From the NCBI RefSeq assembly GCF_006345805.1, contig NC_042997.1, positions 31,372,001 to 31,436,000 of the forward strand: a stretch of DNA of 64,000 nt, given 5' to 3'. The translations under genes and the position numbers were made by a program. The notes below the pieces were generated by a model. That model ran no database searches. It was not told where the DNA came from and saw only the letters and a program-made list of their open reading frames with translations. The DNA is from Octopus sinensis (lineage: Eukaryota). Shown piece by piece: positions 37,597-51,016 of this stretch; the first letter of the stretch is position 1; each line of letters opens with the position of its first letter.

Positions 37597-37803
37597 AGAC
37601 GGCGAACTGGTGCATCGTACAGAATGCTAAGTAGCATTTCTTCAGGTTCTTTACGGTCAGGGTTCAAATCCCATCGAGATCGACTTTGCCTTTCATCCTT
37701 TCAGGGTCGATAAAATAAATACCAATCAAGTACTGGGGCCGATGTAAGTGACTTGGCCCCTACCCTTGAAATTACTGGCTTCGTGCAAAAAAATTTGAAA
37801 CAA
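37597..37803 (+). mobile_element. SINE family C, diverged
   Basis: GTTCAAATCC..CGACTTTGCCTTTCATCCTTTCAGGGTCGATAAAATAAATACC. Confidence 0.8.
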
Positions 37804-37993
37804 TTGCATGTGCATCTTGATCATGCTGACATGAAGATAAAAACAATAAAGCAACAACAAATGTAACTGCAACAACTACAACGTAAGGATGAGGATGTGT
37901 CTGTATATTTAATGCATGGAATATTTAAAAAAATAATTAAAGGTAGAATAAAATTGAAGATGATTGAAAATAATTTAGTCGATTACTGATATT

Positions 37994-38392
37994 AGGCGTA
38001 GGAGTGGCTGTGTGGTAAGTAGCTTAGTTACCAACCACATAGTTCCGGGTTCAGTCCCACTGCGTAGCACCTTGGGAAAGTGTCTTCTACTATAGCTTCG
38101 GGTCGACCAAGGCCTTGTGAGTGGACTTGGTAGACGGAAACTGAAAGAAGCCCGTCGTATGTATGTGTGTGTATATGTTTGTGTCTGTGTTTGTCCCCCC
38201 CTCCAACATCGCTTGACAACCGATGCTGGTGTGTTTATGTCCCAGTAACTTAACGGTTCGGCAAAAGAGGCCGATAGAATAAGTACTAGGCTTACAAAGA
38301 ATAAATCCTGGGGTCGATTTGTTCGACTAAAGGCGGTGCTCCAACATGCCCGCAGTCAAATGTGAAACAAGTAAATGAGTAAAAAGAGAGTA
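37994..38392 (+). mobile_element. SINE family B, full length
   Basis: AGGCGTAGGAGTGGCTGTGTGGTAAG head through to the CR1-like tail. Confidence 0.9.
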
Positions 38393-38689
38393 TATTTTTT
38401 CCGGTTTCTACCGTACTTCACTACTGGAGACAACTCCGGATATGTTACTATGCCATTTTGGTATCATCAGCAAAGAATAGCTACATCATAAGTAGGATAA
38501 TGAGTAGAGAAATCAAAAAAGAAATGTATATTTGTGAGGATAGAAAAATAGAATTATTTCGAGCATCAATAATTTTGAGGAGACCATTACTGTATTGAAA
38601 ACTAGGTAATGAAGATATGATTATTTTAAACAATGAACAATTCAAAATCTATTGAAATATATAGTTACATACTAATATGACTTATATAA

Positions 38690-39074
38690 TGGAGGCGCAA
38701 TGGCCCAGTGGTTAGGGCAGCGGACTCGCGGTCGTAGGATCGCTGTTTCGATTCCCAGACCGGGCGTTGTGAGTGTTTATTGAGCGAAAACACTTACAAG
38801 AGCTCCACGAGGCTCCGGCAGGGGATGGTGGTGATCCCTGCTGTACTCTTTCACCACAACTTTCTCTCACTCTTACTTCCTGTTTCTGTTGTACCTGTAT
38901 TTCAAGGGGCCGGCCTTGTCACTCTCTGTGTCACGCTGAATATCCCCGAGAACTACGTTAAGGGTGCACGTGTGTGCGGAGTGCTCAACCACTTACACGT
39001 TAATTTCACGAGCAGGCTGTTCTGTTGATCGGATCAACCGGAACCCTCGTTGTTGTAACCGATGGAGTGCTTCC
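38690..39074 (+). mobile_element. SINE family A, full length
   Basis: Family A consensus; short TSD ACTTATA on both sides. Confidence 0.95.
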
Positions 39075-39552
39075 ACTTATACATTCATGTAAGTGAGATA
39101 TATTCAACGTATGTAAATGGTATCAACCAACAGCTTAAACATATATAAGTTGCCTCCACTGAGTTACATTCACATAACAATGTAGGCCATTTTTTTATGA
39201 TGTACTGAAAACGAGCAGCTCAGATCTTAATGTCGATATTGACCATTTAAATGAGGTCGTCGGTAACTAAGCGGTTTTATGAAAAATACGTAATGAGTGT
39301 TGCCGTGATTTTAAGTGTGGTAGGTAATTAAAGATGTAGATAAGTCAGTATTGAAATTGATGACCAATATTCTGTTAACAAGACTTGGAGGTTATTACTC
39401 AATATGCAACCCAGCCATCGAGATCCATAGAAATTTCGGTATGGTTCAATGAATACAATCCTTCACTCAGCGAATATTATCGCCCGAAACACGTAAGAGC
39501 ATGTCCATTGGCATCTATTGATAGGCAAGCGGAGAAACACAAATACTGTATG

Positions 39553-39595
<43 letters not shown>

Positions 39596-40255
39596 ACAAA
39601 CAGACAGACAGACAGACAGAGAAAGAGAGAGGGAAAGAAAGTGATAATGGAAAAGAAGGTGAATGAGTAACTGAGAGGAATAAAGAATGTGTGAGAGAGC
39701 AAATAACGTATAGCTGTCACTTGCAAATATGACATGCAAGCTTGCACCAAATTTTCGCTATTTTAAAAGCCTAAATAGTCTCGTGGGCAGGTGTAGATGT
39801 TTTTGAACCAGTGGATCATCCAGAATGCGACAGGTGGAAAATAGAGAGATGCACCAGCACCGGTTAGTACATTTTTTTTAGGCCTCACAAATATGAAAGC
39901 AATGTGGACTTTGGAGGAATTTGAATTCAGAGTCTGGAGAATCAGAATAAATGCAAGATTGCATCTACCAAGTTCAACCAACTCATCAATCAATTTCTCT
40001 CATTCTTCCACATGCTGTAGATCCGATTCAAGGCAATTTATGTCTCTCGGATACTGAATGTTCCATTTCAGGCAGAGGCTCACACTTCTCCCGCTCATTA
40101 ACAGACTTAAGGAAATCGGCAACTGCCTCGGCACTAAATGCAACCTTCGTTGAGCACAGATAATGGCAACTTATAGAGGCATGGTTGAAAGGTCCCGGAT
40201 GGACAACCAAGATAGCATAAATCTGTTGACTTATTTACGAAGTAGTGGTACCTTA

Positions 40256-40518
40256 CCGGCAGGGGATGGTGGTGATCCCTGCTGTACTCTTTCACCACAA
40301 CTTTCTCTCACTCTTACTTCCTGTTTCTGTTGTACCTGTACTTCAAAGGACCGGCTTTGTCACTCTCTGTGTCACGCTGAATATCCTCGAGAATTACGTT
40401 AAGGGTAACGTGTCTGTGGAGTGCTCAGCCACTTACACGTTAATTTCATGAGCAGGCTGTTCCGTTGATTCGGATCAACCGGAACCCTCGTCGTCGTAAC
40501 CGACGGAGTGCTTCCTTA
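40256..40518 (+). mobile_element. SINE family A, 5'-truncated, 12-bp TSD
   Basis: TSD AGTGGTACCTTA at 40244-40255 and 40519-40530. Confidence 0.9.
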
Positions 40519-41351
40519 AGTGGTACCTTAATCTACTTTTATTCACCTTTAAACATCCCTGTTCATGAATACTACTCACCCTAGCATCTTGCGAACGAAA
40601 ATAATGTTACCGTTGGAACCAAAGAGAAGGATGATACCATGTTTGTTTGGAATATCTCTTCACTGTCACTGACATGTTTGTCATTTTCAAAAATACTTCC
40701 GCCTTACCGTGCACCGTCATGCTTTGCAATTGCACTGTTTCACATTCCTACCTCCTCTAAATCTACTCACATCAGAACTGTCATCTTCTTGCCCAAACTT
40801 TTCGTGCACTACTTTTCCACTCGGACTTGGTTTATTTGAACCACTGAAAAACTTTGGTAACACTTTTACACTAATTCATTCGCGAAAACAAAGCCTTGCC
40901 TCAACACTGCTTCCCACCAGTTTGTTTCCATTTCCTTTCATCAGAATACTTCAATCATTTTCAATCCTCTTTCTATCTCTCGCCCTGAATACACAGTATA
41001 TACGTATACCTGTGTATACACAAACACACTCATAAATATATATTAGAAGCAATTATGCGGATAAGCAAATTAGACACTTCACATACGTTAAATATATTAA
41101 ATATCAATACATTAAATACAATATATATATATATATATATATATGTATACATGCAAAACGGAAGGTGGAAACTTTTGGATGATGAATTTTTATGTATAAA
41201 TATATGAATATTTATATTATTAGATCTGTCTTAGACTGAGCACAAACGACAGAGAAAATTCAAGTAAATAAACAGAAGTGAGAAAATGTTTTAATTGATA
41301 TTACTGAAATCTATTACAATTTTAAAAATGCGTGCATATACATGAATATAA

Positions 41352-41528
41352 AAGTGGTTGGGGCTGAAAACTCCTGGTTTTAAAGGTATCGCTAAAGGCC
41401 TGGTTGGAGGCCCAACTTTCCGAGTATTTTTTACAGGGCTTAGAAAGAGCTTAGAAATAAAATCATAATTTATTGATCCTTCTGTATTTTCTTTGACCCA
41501 AAGCCAGGAACTTTTCAGCACCCACTCG
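41352..41528 (+). mobile_element. Small mariner-derived MITE
   Basis: Imperfect TIRs GGGGCTGAAAACTCCTGGTTTT / AAAGCCAGGAACTTTTCAGCACCCACTCG; interior reads WLEAQLSEYFLQGLE, like a mariner transposase C-terminus. Confidence 0.6.
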
Positions 41529-41833
41529 TGTGTGTGTGTGTGTGTGTGTTTGTGTGGTGTGTGTGTGTTGTGTGTGTGTGTGTTGTGTGTGTGTTGTGTG
41601 TGTGTGTGTGTGGTTTGTGTGTGTGTTGGTTGTTTGTGTGGTGTTTGTGTGTGGTTGTGTGTGTGTGTGGGTTTGTGGTGTGTGTTGTGTGTGTGTGTGT
41701 TGTGTGGTGTGTGTGTGTGTGTGTTGTGTGTGTGTGGTGTGTGTGTGTGTGTGGTGTTTGTGTGTGTGTGTTGTGTGTGTGTTTGTTGTGTGGTGTGTGT
41801 GTGTGGTTTGTGTGTGTGTGGTGTGTGTTTGTG

Positions 41834-41864
<31 letters not shown>

Positions 41865-41918
41865 GCGTGTGTGTGTGTGTGTGTGTTGTGTGTGTGTTGT
41901 GTGTGTGGTGGTGTGTGT
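41529..41918. repeat. Interrupted (GT)n microsatellite
   Basis: Direct inspection. Confidence 0.95.
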
Positions 41919-43657
41919 ATAAAGAGAGAGGGTGAACAGGACAGAGAGAAAGAGAGAGTATGAGGGTCGGACCAAAAGCAAGTTTGTGTGTGTGCTTGTG
42001 TGAAGGATTAATTATGAAACTCAAGCAAAGATCAGACTGAATTAAACGGTAAGAGATAAAAATAAACAGCAAGGTAAAATAACCTATAGACATTATTGTT
42101 TTGAATACTAGAATTCTTAGGGACGGTTACCTAGTAGAACTCATTTGTCAATGTTGCCACGAAGTGAGACTGAACTCGAGGCCCCGTGGCTGCAAAGTGA
42201 ACTTCTTAACCATGGCTATAAAAATATTTAGACTGATAGATGAATGGATAGGTAGATAGACTGATAGGCAGATGTATAGACCGAGCTTGTGGTAATTTGT
42301 TAGATAGATAGAATGTGAGAGAGTGAGATTGTAATAATGATATATAAAAGATGGGAAAATGAGAAAAAAATTTAAAGAAGAGAGTTAAAAAAAGAAGAAA
42401 AATAGACTACAAAGAGTGTAAAACATGGTGATGGAATTATAAAGAAAATAGTTTGAGACAAAGTGAGATAATGTGAAAAAAGGAAAGAAGAAAAAATGAC
42501 CAAAAATATTATTGGTGTCATAAAATGGCGGAAGAGATAAAGTCAAGAGAGAAAAAACAACCAAACAAAAAAAACATGGTTTTAAGAACGTTACATTAAA
42601 TAAACTGGTTTCATTTGAACAAAAGAAAAAAAACAATAACAAAAATGAACAAAAACAAAACATCTTTGAGGGTGAGAAGAAAGAATGCTGCGGGAATTGA
42701 AGGAGAACAGCGATAAGATGGTCAGATTTTGAACCGGAAATTTTCTTAGAACACACTGGAAGTTTAGTGGATGCATTGGTGATAGGTGAGCAACTGAAGC
42801 GGTGCAAAAGGAAGCGAAAGGTCAACGTTATTTTGTTATCTTGGTTTATTCGTTGTTTTCTGTTATGTTACAAGAGATTGGGAGTGTTGGATTAGGGTTA
42901 ATACAGCGGTAGAAGGTGGAATAAGGAGAGATGAAAGGGTATTAGTATTGCCGAGTTTAACAGTCGATGATGAAAAGAGATAGAGATTGGGGAAAAGTAT
43001 AGCTGAGAGAGAGAGAGAGAGAGAGAAGAGAAATAGGGTGGAAGGGGGACAAGAGAGGGGGTGGGAGTGGGAGAATTAAAGTGAAAGTGAAAATACAAAT
43101 ACACAAATTAATGAGGTACTGTGAGAAAGAGAGAAAAACGTTACTAAAAGAGAGGATAATTAATGCAAATAGAGTGTCAGGAAGGAGGACGTGAGAGAGG
43201 AAGAAAGAGAGCAGAAAGAAGAGAGAAAGTGGGAAAGTGAAAGGGAGGGAGGGAGAGAGGGGAAAGAAAGAAGAAAAGAAGAGAGAAAAGTGGAGGGAGA
43301 GGTTCAAAGAAGGGTGAGGGTAGAGGAATAGAGCGAAACCTGAGACATTATCTGAAGAAGATACAGTGAGGGACGGAAAAAATTACAGTTAAAAATCAGT
43401 GTGAAATACAGAGATTGAAGAATAGTGAGAAATAGTGAAATAGTGAGATAGAATAATATGAATGAAGGAGGGACAGGGAAGGTGTGTATATGTGAAGAAG
43501 AGAGAAAGAGAGTGAACCATAACAGACAGTACAACTAAAGTTAATAGACACACAGACAGACAAACAGATAGATAGACAGGTAGAAAGATAAATAGAGAGA
43601 CGGACGGATACACAGACAGAGAGATAGATAGATAGATAGAGAGATAGATAGATAGAC

Positions 43658-43711
<54 letters not shown>

Positions 43712-43835
43712 ATAGATAGGAGGTGAGAAAAGAATGAAAACTAAAGTGTAATTTTCATATATACAGACATATGTATGTATGTATACATATATATACATAT
43801 ACATATTATACATGTATATATGTGTGTGTGTTTGT

Positions 43836-43869
<34 letters not shown>

Positions 43870-44566
43870 TATTTTAACGGTGGAACTCGAAGCAATTAAA
43901 GCTATAAATATTTGCGTATATAATATTGGGTTAAAAAACGACAATGGGCGGGGAAAAAAGTGGAAGGCTTCGTCTGGAAGCTGGAACCACAACTTCTGCG
44001 AGCATTTATGAGCATGACAGATGTTCTACCATTACAAAAAGCAACTCTTCGAATTTTCTACCCCCAGACTTCTTTCTCTCATCCAAAGGTTTTTTTTTAA
44101 ACACAATATTCAATACGCTAATATTTAGAGCTTTATCTACTTCAAGTTTTTGCTTAAAAAACGATTTATTTAAGGTCGCTCGAAGTTTTGTCGCGATGGT
44201 GGCTCACTTGGGATAATGTGGAGTTGGCAAATGAAGATATATTTCGTTGGCTGCATGATTAATAACTGAAACACACTCGCGAACATTTTACTGAAATATT
44301 TATTGCCGGACATAAAGGTATCAGATGCTTGCTGTTTACAATGAACAATATAAATGTTTGCCGATTGGGAGGGATACAGTTTGCTCTGAAACTATAGAAA
44401 GTCACCTGTATGGCAACATGCAGTTGGCCCTAAGATATATGAAGTCAAATGCACAAATCTCCGGGGCGTCAGAGGTCCTTGGCTGATTGGCCTTGACCGT
44501 CAGCTGGACGTCTGCATTGGCAAGACCGCAAGTGTGTGAATAGTAAGCCACAACACACACACACAC

Positions 44567-44613
<47 letters not shown>

Positions 44614-45140
44614 AACTAGCCTAAAAGTAGACCAGCTCCTGCAGAGGGCTACTTGGGCTTGCGGCACAAAACCACAGAGATCTGTAATAAGAAAGCGTTT
44701 ATTGGTAGCCTCCCAATATGGTATTGCCTTAAATTCAGTTTAAATGAAAAACTTGTAAGTTCATAAATTTTTGTAGTTCTTTTAAAATTTGAATTTTCAA
44801 ATGTTAGCATATAACAAATTCTCATCCACGCCTGATCCCAATGCTGGATGTTCAAGACAGATTTTCAATCTCGGGATCATCCTGTTTCCAGAAAGGTATA
44901 ATGTGTCTATGTTGAGCAAATATAGACTGAGATACAGGGGGCCCGGACGGTCGGACAGGCAGAATTTCACGTTTACTATTATAGACGCGCGCGCGCGTGT
45001 GTACACATAAAATAGATAGGTATGGAGAAACTAAAAGTCACTCATTCAAACACACACACACACACACACACAACACATACGTACATGTATACTAACACAT
45101 GCACGCATGCATATAAACAGTCACGCACCAACATATTTGC

Positions 45141-45204
<64 letters not shown>

Positions 45205-45225
45205 GGATGGATGGATAGATAGATG

Positions 45226-45280
<55 letters not shown>

Positions 45281-45310
45281 GGATGGATAGATAGATGGAT
45301 AGATAGATAT

Positions 45311-45341
<31 letters not shown>

Positions 45342-45440
45342 TATAGATAGATAGATAGATAGATAGATAGATTGATAGATAGATAGATGGATGGATATAT
45401 AGATAGATAGATAGATGGATGGATAGATAGATGGATAGAG

Positions 45441-45496
<56 letters not shown>

Positions 45497-45535
45497 GGAT
45501 AGATGGATAGATAGATGGATAGAGAGATAGGGATA
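45141..45535. repeat. (GATA)n/(GATG)n microsatellite
   Basis: Direct inspection. Confidence 0.95.
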
Positions 45536-45800
45536 GAAAATCGAATCAAAAGTTAGTATAATGAAAAAAATACAGAGCAAGATTGGAAGAAAGTGAAAGA
45601 GAGAGCAAGAGGGGAGGGATGGTGAAAGAGAGAAAGAAATGTGGATCACTGTGTGAAAATGTATAGAAAGAGGACTGAGAAGCGAGGGTTTTGGAAGAAA
45701 ATTTAAAAACAATATAGTTATAATAGTCTTCTATGGCATTGTAGACTTTTGAAGTTATTGATTCAGTCACACTGAGAGAGAGGTGGAGGAGAGAGAAAGA

Positions 45801-45837
<37 letters not shown>

Positions 45838-46326
45838 GAAGATAGAGAATCGTGAGCAAGAGGAGAGAGAGAGAGAGAGAGAGAGAGGGGGAAGAATGGT
45901 GGAGAGAGATGGAAAAAGAAAGAGAGCAGGAGAGTGTGCAAAAGGCACTATATAAGTAAACATGTTTGTTACATTTTCTATGGAATTGCTGTTGGTATAT
46001 ATTTATAAAAATATTGCATTGTTTACATTGATTCACAGAGAAAGGACTGTGTGCAGAATCCAGTTTTTAATTAAGTTATAGTTAACATGTTAAATGTAGA
46101 GACCTCCGAAAAGTTTATTAAAAATGAATATGCGGAGAGAAAAGAAAAGATAAACTCATTAACTCAGTGCCTAACTTTATTTCGGTTATTTCGATAAAAT
46201 ACATGAGACAACTTCCAGGTTTTATATTTTTTTAAAACTCATCTGCAAAGCATAGACTTTACTGTATTTACCAAAGTAATCACGAGAGAATCATCGTCTA
46301 TTCTCGGGCAATATGTTCAATATTGT

Positions 46327-47075
46327 AAGGCGGCGAGCTGGCAGAAACGTTAGCACGCCGGACGAAATGCCTAGCGGTATTTCGCCTGCCGTTACGTTGT
46401 GAGTTCAAATTCCGCCGAGGTCGACTTCGCCTTTCATCCTTTCGGGGTCGATAAATTAAGTACCAGTTACGCACTGGGGTCGATGTAATCGACTTAATCC
46501 GTTTGTCTGTCTTTGTCCCCTCTGTGTTTAGCCCTTGTGAGTAGTAAAGAAATAGGTATTTCGTCTGCCGCTACGTTCTGAGTTCAAATTCTGCGAGGTC
46601 GACTTCGCCTTTCATCCTTTCGGGGTCGATTAAATAAGTATCGGTTACGCACTGGAGTCGATATAATCGACTTAATCCGTTTGTCTGTCCTTGTTTGTCC
46701 CCTCTGTGTTTAGCTCCTTGTGGGTAGTAAAGAAATAGGTATTTCGTCTGCCGTTACGTTCTGCGTTCAAATTCCGCCGAGGTCGACTTTGTCTTTCATC
46801 CTTTCGGGGTCGATTAAATAAGTACCAGTTACTCACTGGGGTCGATATAATCGTCTTAATCCGCTTGTCTGTCCTTATTTGTTCCTTCTGTGTTTAGCTC
46901 CTTGTGGGTAGTAAAGAAATATGTATTTCGTCTGTCTTTATGTTCTGTGTTCAAATTCCGCCGATGTCGACTTTGCTTTTCATCCTTTTGTGTACCAGTT
47001 GCGTACTGGATCGATCTAATCTACTGGCCTCCTCCCCTCAAATTCCGGGCATTGTGCTTAGAGTAGAAAAGAATA
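46327..47075 (+). mobile_element. Head-to-tail SINE family C array (one head, four bodies) inside one 12-bp TSD
   Basis: Units start at GTATTTCG near 46376, 46555, 46738 and 46922; the first three end GTAGTAAAGAAATA (tail i), the last ends GAGTAGAAAAGAATA (tail ii); AATATGTTCAAT at 46310-46321 and 47072-47083. Confidence 0.9.
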
Positions 47076-47083
47076 TGTTCAAT

Positions 47084-47262
47084 CGGCAAGCTGGCAGAAG
47101 CGAGAGCCCGTCGGGTAAATAAAATGCTTAACGGCATTTTCCTTGTCTTTATGTTCTGAGTTCGAATTCCGTCGAACTTCACTTTGCTTTTCCTCCATTC
47201 GGGGTCGACACATTCGAACACTGTGGTCGAAATAATCGACTTACCCCCAAAATTTGAAACCA
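47084..47262 (+). mobile_element. SINE family C, diverged
   Basis: GGCAAGCTGGCAGAA...TTCTGAGTTCGAATTCCG...GGGGTCGA. Confidence 0.75.
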
Positions 47263-47334
47263 ATACTGTACGTGAATAAACGTGAAAAATAGCATATTTA
47301 AGAGAATAGATTACTGTTATTAACGTTTTGACGA

Positions 47335-47530
47335 AGACGTTGAGCTGGCAGAATTGTTAGCATGCCAGAAAAAATACTTGGCGACGTTTCGTACGTTTTG
47401 ACGGTCTGAGTTCAAATTCCGACGATTTAGTCTTTCATTCTCTCGGAGTTGATGAAATAAGTACCAGTGGTGTACTGAGGTCAATGTAATCGACTTTCTC
47501 AAAACAGCTTTGTGCCTCAATAAGAAAGGA
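47335..47530 (+). mobile_element. SINE family C, diverged
   Basis: GAGCTGGCAGAATTGTTAGC...CTGAGTTCAAATTCCG...AATAAGTACCAG. Confidence 0.75.
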
Positions 47531-47744
47531 TTGTTAATGTTTGCAGAAGAGGTAATCATTTATAAACAAATCCTTAACACGACCTACGCTCTGTTGATTT
47601 AACAAATATAACAGAGACGTCTCGACAGTGAATTCTGAACACTTCCAGAACACTTCCACTATAACTGCATCGGATATAGTGGGATGCAGTTATAACAGAA
47701 AGGACGAAGGCGTTGAAACTATACATATAAAACTGGGTTCTGCG

Positions 47745-48032
47745 TCCACAGACACGTGTACCCTTAACGTAGTTCTCGGGGATATTCAGCGTGACACAGA
47801 GAGTGACAAGGCCGGCCCTTTGAAATACAGGTACAACAGAAACAGGAAGTAAGAGTGAGAGAAAGTTGTGGTGAAAGAGTACAGCAGGGATCACCACCAT
47901 CCCCTGCCGGATCCTCGTGGAGCTTTAGGTGTTTTCGCTCAATAAACACTCACAACGCCCGGTCTGGGAATCGAAACCGCGATCCTATGACCGCGAGTCC
48001 GCTGCCCTAACCACTGGGCCATTGCGCCTCCA
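47745..48032 (-). mobile_element. SINE family A lacking its 3' end
   Basis: Nearly identical to the 33620-34007 copy up to ACACGTGTCTGTGGA, then homology stops. Confidence 0.9.
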
Positions 48033-49485
48033 CTGGTTTCATAATAGATATTAAGTATAAAAGATCCATACATACATGTAAACAGACAAACAAGTAGTTG
48101 CAAGGAGAATAACAATTTATGGAAAGCCAAATTCTGAATTACCTACCCAAATATTCATAGGTTACTTAGAGAATCAAGTGCACTTACCTACTGATGTACT
48201 ACTTAGTTACTTGATCCGCTAGAATTAGCAACCAAAAATCTCTCACATTACATCGCACCGTCTTGAATAAAGAAGGGCACATTGGATTGTATGTCTTTTA
48301 TTTATGTAGTATGTCTGATAGGGTGGTCATAGCTGGAACACCTCTGATCATATTTTGAGTCAATCCACTCAGCGAAAAATACCTGACCCGAGCTCAGACA
48401 ATAATAACTATATCAGAAACAAATTTTGCTTCCACTTCATTGTTTAACTATTCAACGGGTCTCCTTAATCTTCGCTGAGAAAGATACAAACCACACAGCT
48501 TCCTAAGCTGTTTCGTATGGACGTCATGGCCTAGTATCTTTGTAGGAAACGATCACGAAAAGATAATACAATACTATAACAGCGAAGAGTAGTGTAAGTT
48601 CGAGAGAAAAGGTATAGTCCTGGTAAATTTAGTCTATCGCTGGGATCGGGTACCCGTCATGTTGTTTCTTTTACGTTGTTGGGAAAGTTAAGTCTAACAC
48701 ATATTCTCATTCCTCTAAAAACACTAAATAACATAAGACTTTCTAAATTAATGCCGAAGACAGACTGGAATTGTGAGAGACAGACATGATGAATAAACAA
48801 ATTGTGATCAAGAAGGAAAGATTGAGAAAGACGGAAAGAGTGGAGAGCGTAACAATGCTGCGTGATGTCCATGCTTTATCAAGGTTGTCAAACATGACAT
48901 TGGAGTAAAAGAGTGGTTACTAACGGCAATACATCGAATAGTGCTAGTTGCGATATTTCTTAACTTTATATATCTTTAGATCGCCTTTGTACAAGGGCTA
49001 CTATGGTGTATTTGGTAAGCCTGTAACATCGTGGTCAGACGACTCTGAAAATAAAGATTGATTCCTTTGGTGAAATTGATATTTCATTTACTCTTCCAAA
49101 ATATTTGCTTAAGAAAAGCCTAGACCATACAAATGTAATTTTCCCCATCGTCTGAAGTAAATAATCCTGATCTCACACTCCAACGAAATATGAAATACAG
49201 GAGCCCGAGTAATTCACGTGTGCCAGAAAGGAATAGTTATTCATATGCCAGGATAGATGTCTAGCATTTATCTCAAACAAATACCCCAAATCTTCGTAGT
49301 AAAATTTCCCAAAATTAATATATGTAGGCACCCAAACAGAAGGAGGATAAGAGGTGGAAGTGATTTATATCCTCAATGGCATAGTGCGGATCTACATACA
49401 TAGTGACACGTAAGAGAGAAACGCATGTGGTCCATTCGCCACATATGATCCCGCGCACACGCTTTTATACATGTGTATACATATA

Positions 49486-49709
49486 TTTTTTTTTACTACC
49501 CACAATGGGCTAAACACAGAGGGAACAAACAAGGACAGACAAACGGATTAAGTCGATTACATCGACCCCAGTGCGTCACTGGTACTTAATTCATCGACCC
49601 CGAAAGGATGAAAGACAAAGTCGACCTCGGCGGAATTTGAACCCAGAACGCAACGGCTGACGAAATACGGCTACGCATTTCGGCCAGCGTCCTAACGTTT
49701 CTGCCAGCA
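49486..49709 (-). mobile_element. SINE family C (tail type i), solitary
   Basis: TTTACTACCCACAATGGGCTAAACACAGAGGGAACAAACAAGGACAGACAAACGGATTAAGTCG...CTAACGTTTCTGCCAGC. Confidence 0.9.
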
Positions 49710-50026
49710 TTTTCGTATGTATGTGTGTGTGTGGGGTATATATGTGTGCGAGTATGCGTATGTGCGAGTATGCGTATGACATCCGCAGTTTAATTTGAAA
49801 ATGCGACAGTGAAAGTCTCGAAACGTCAGTCTAATTGGATCTCGGAAATCATTGATTTAAATCAAACTTCAAAAGCAAATGCAGAAATACAAAAAATTCT
49901 CAAAAAAGATCGAACGTGAACCATAGTTGAATTTTTAGCATAAGCCTGTTGGAAAGAAAATCTGTTCACTATTTACACACAAACCCACACAAATGCACAC
50001 ATGTATAAGTTGGCTAATTATAGTAT

Positions 50027-51016
50027 CAAGTTGAAGAAAAAGTAAGCAACGTTTTGAACCATGATGAATTTATACCGGATTTTTGAAGAGTTTTGAATCT
50101 TTTTTAAACATTTTCTTGCAATTGTCTGATAATACAGATATAGGCTTGTCCAAAAGCATCAATAAATTAACATTGATATTGTTTTTCACCGTTATTACAG
50201 TCATCTGAATTGGAACTGTCAAAGCGCGATATTCGAACAATTTTGCTATTCAACTCCAAAAAAGGAGATAAAGTAGCTGAAACTGCTCGCGATATCAACG
50301 AAGCGTTTGGCGAGGAAATGACCAGTGAGTGGTCAGCTCGAAAATGGTTTAAACGATTTAGCAGTGGAGACCTGAGCCTTGAAGATCGTGAGCATAGTGG
50401 ACACCCATCTGTTATCGATAACGGCCAATTAAAGACTGTCATTGAGAAAGATCAACCTAAACCACTCGAGAACTGGCAAAAAGACTTTTGCAACAATTTG
50501 CGTGTGAACGGAAAATCAAAACATTTTTAAACCTGGAGGAGCCATTACTGCGGAAACATTGTCATAAAGTGCCAAAATGAATGAAAAACTGGTACTCTGC
50601 CATCTCAGACTGGTCAACAGAAGAGGGCCAATCATTCTTCATGACAATGCTCGACCAAACGTTTCACCAATGATGCTACAGAAGTTGAGGGAACTTGGCT
50701 ACGAAGTTCTTCCCCACCTAGCTTATTTCCCAGACCTTTCTTCTACCGACTACCACTTTTTGAAGCACTTTGATGGTTTCCTGCGAGGGAAGGAGTTCAA
50801 AAATCAAACTGATGCTGAAAGTGCGTTCAAAGAGTTCATCAGCTCCAGAACTCCAGATTTTTAAGTTACTGGAATAAACAAACTTGTAACTCGTTGGTAA
50901 AAAAAATGTGTTGATTGTAATAGTACTTACTTTGATGAATAAAATTTCCGCATTGTTGAAATATACTGTGATCAATTACATGTTTCAAAACGTTGCTTAC
51001 TTTTTACTCAGCCTGA
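50027..51016 (+). mobile_element. Mariner transposon, internally deleted, both TIRs and TA TSD present
   Basis: TIRs TCAAGTTGAAGAAAAGTAAGCAACGTTTTGAACCATG / CATGTTTCAAAACGTTGCTTACTTTTTACTCAGCCTGA; ORF pieces 50210-50530 (ARDINEAFG..RKWFKRF..SLEDREHSG) and 50577-50864 (LHDNARP..YFPDLSSTDYHFL). Confidence 0.92.

Noticed and set aside
38691-38765. tRNA gene-like sequence (A and B boxes, tRNA-Arg-like)
   Set aside because: It is the head of a multi-copy SINE with TSDs; no clean cloverleaf or terminator.
40028-40222. Possible terminal exon on the minus strand (VVHPGPFNH...RHKLP*)
   Set aside because: No recognisable domain, weak polypyrimidine tract, no partner exons.
43990-44210. Open minus-strand frame (KLEVDKALNISVLNIVFKKKPLDERKK)
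   Set aside because: Short, no identifiable family and no splice support.
46376-46921. Regular repeat array superficially like CRISPR
   Set aside because: About 180-bp contiguous SINE units with no unique spacers and no cas genes; eukaryotic context.
49794-49832. Degenerate hammerhead (TTGAAAAT GCGAC..GTCTC GAAACGTC)
   Set aside because: Core too mutated and no clear stem I.
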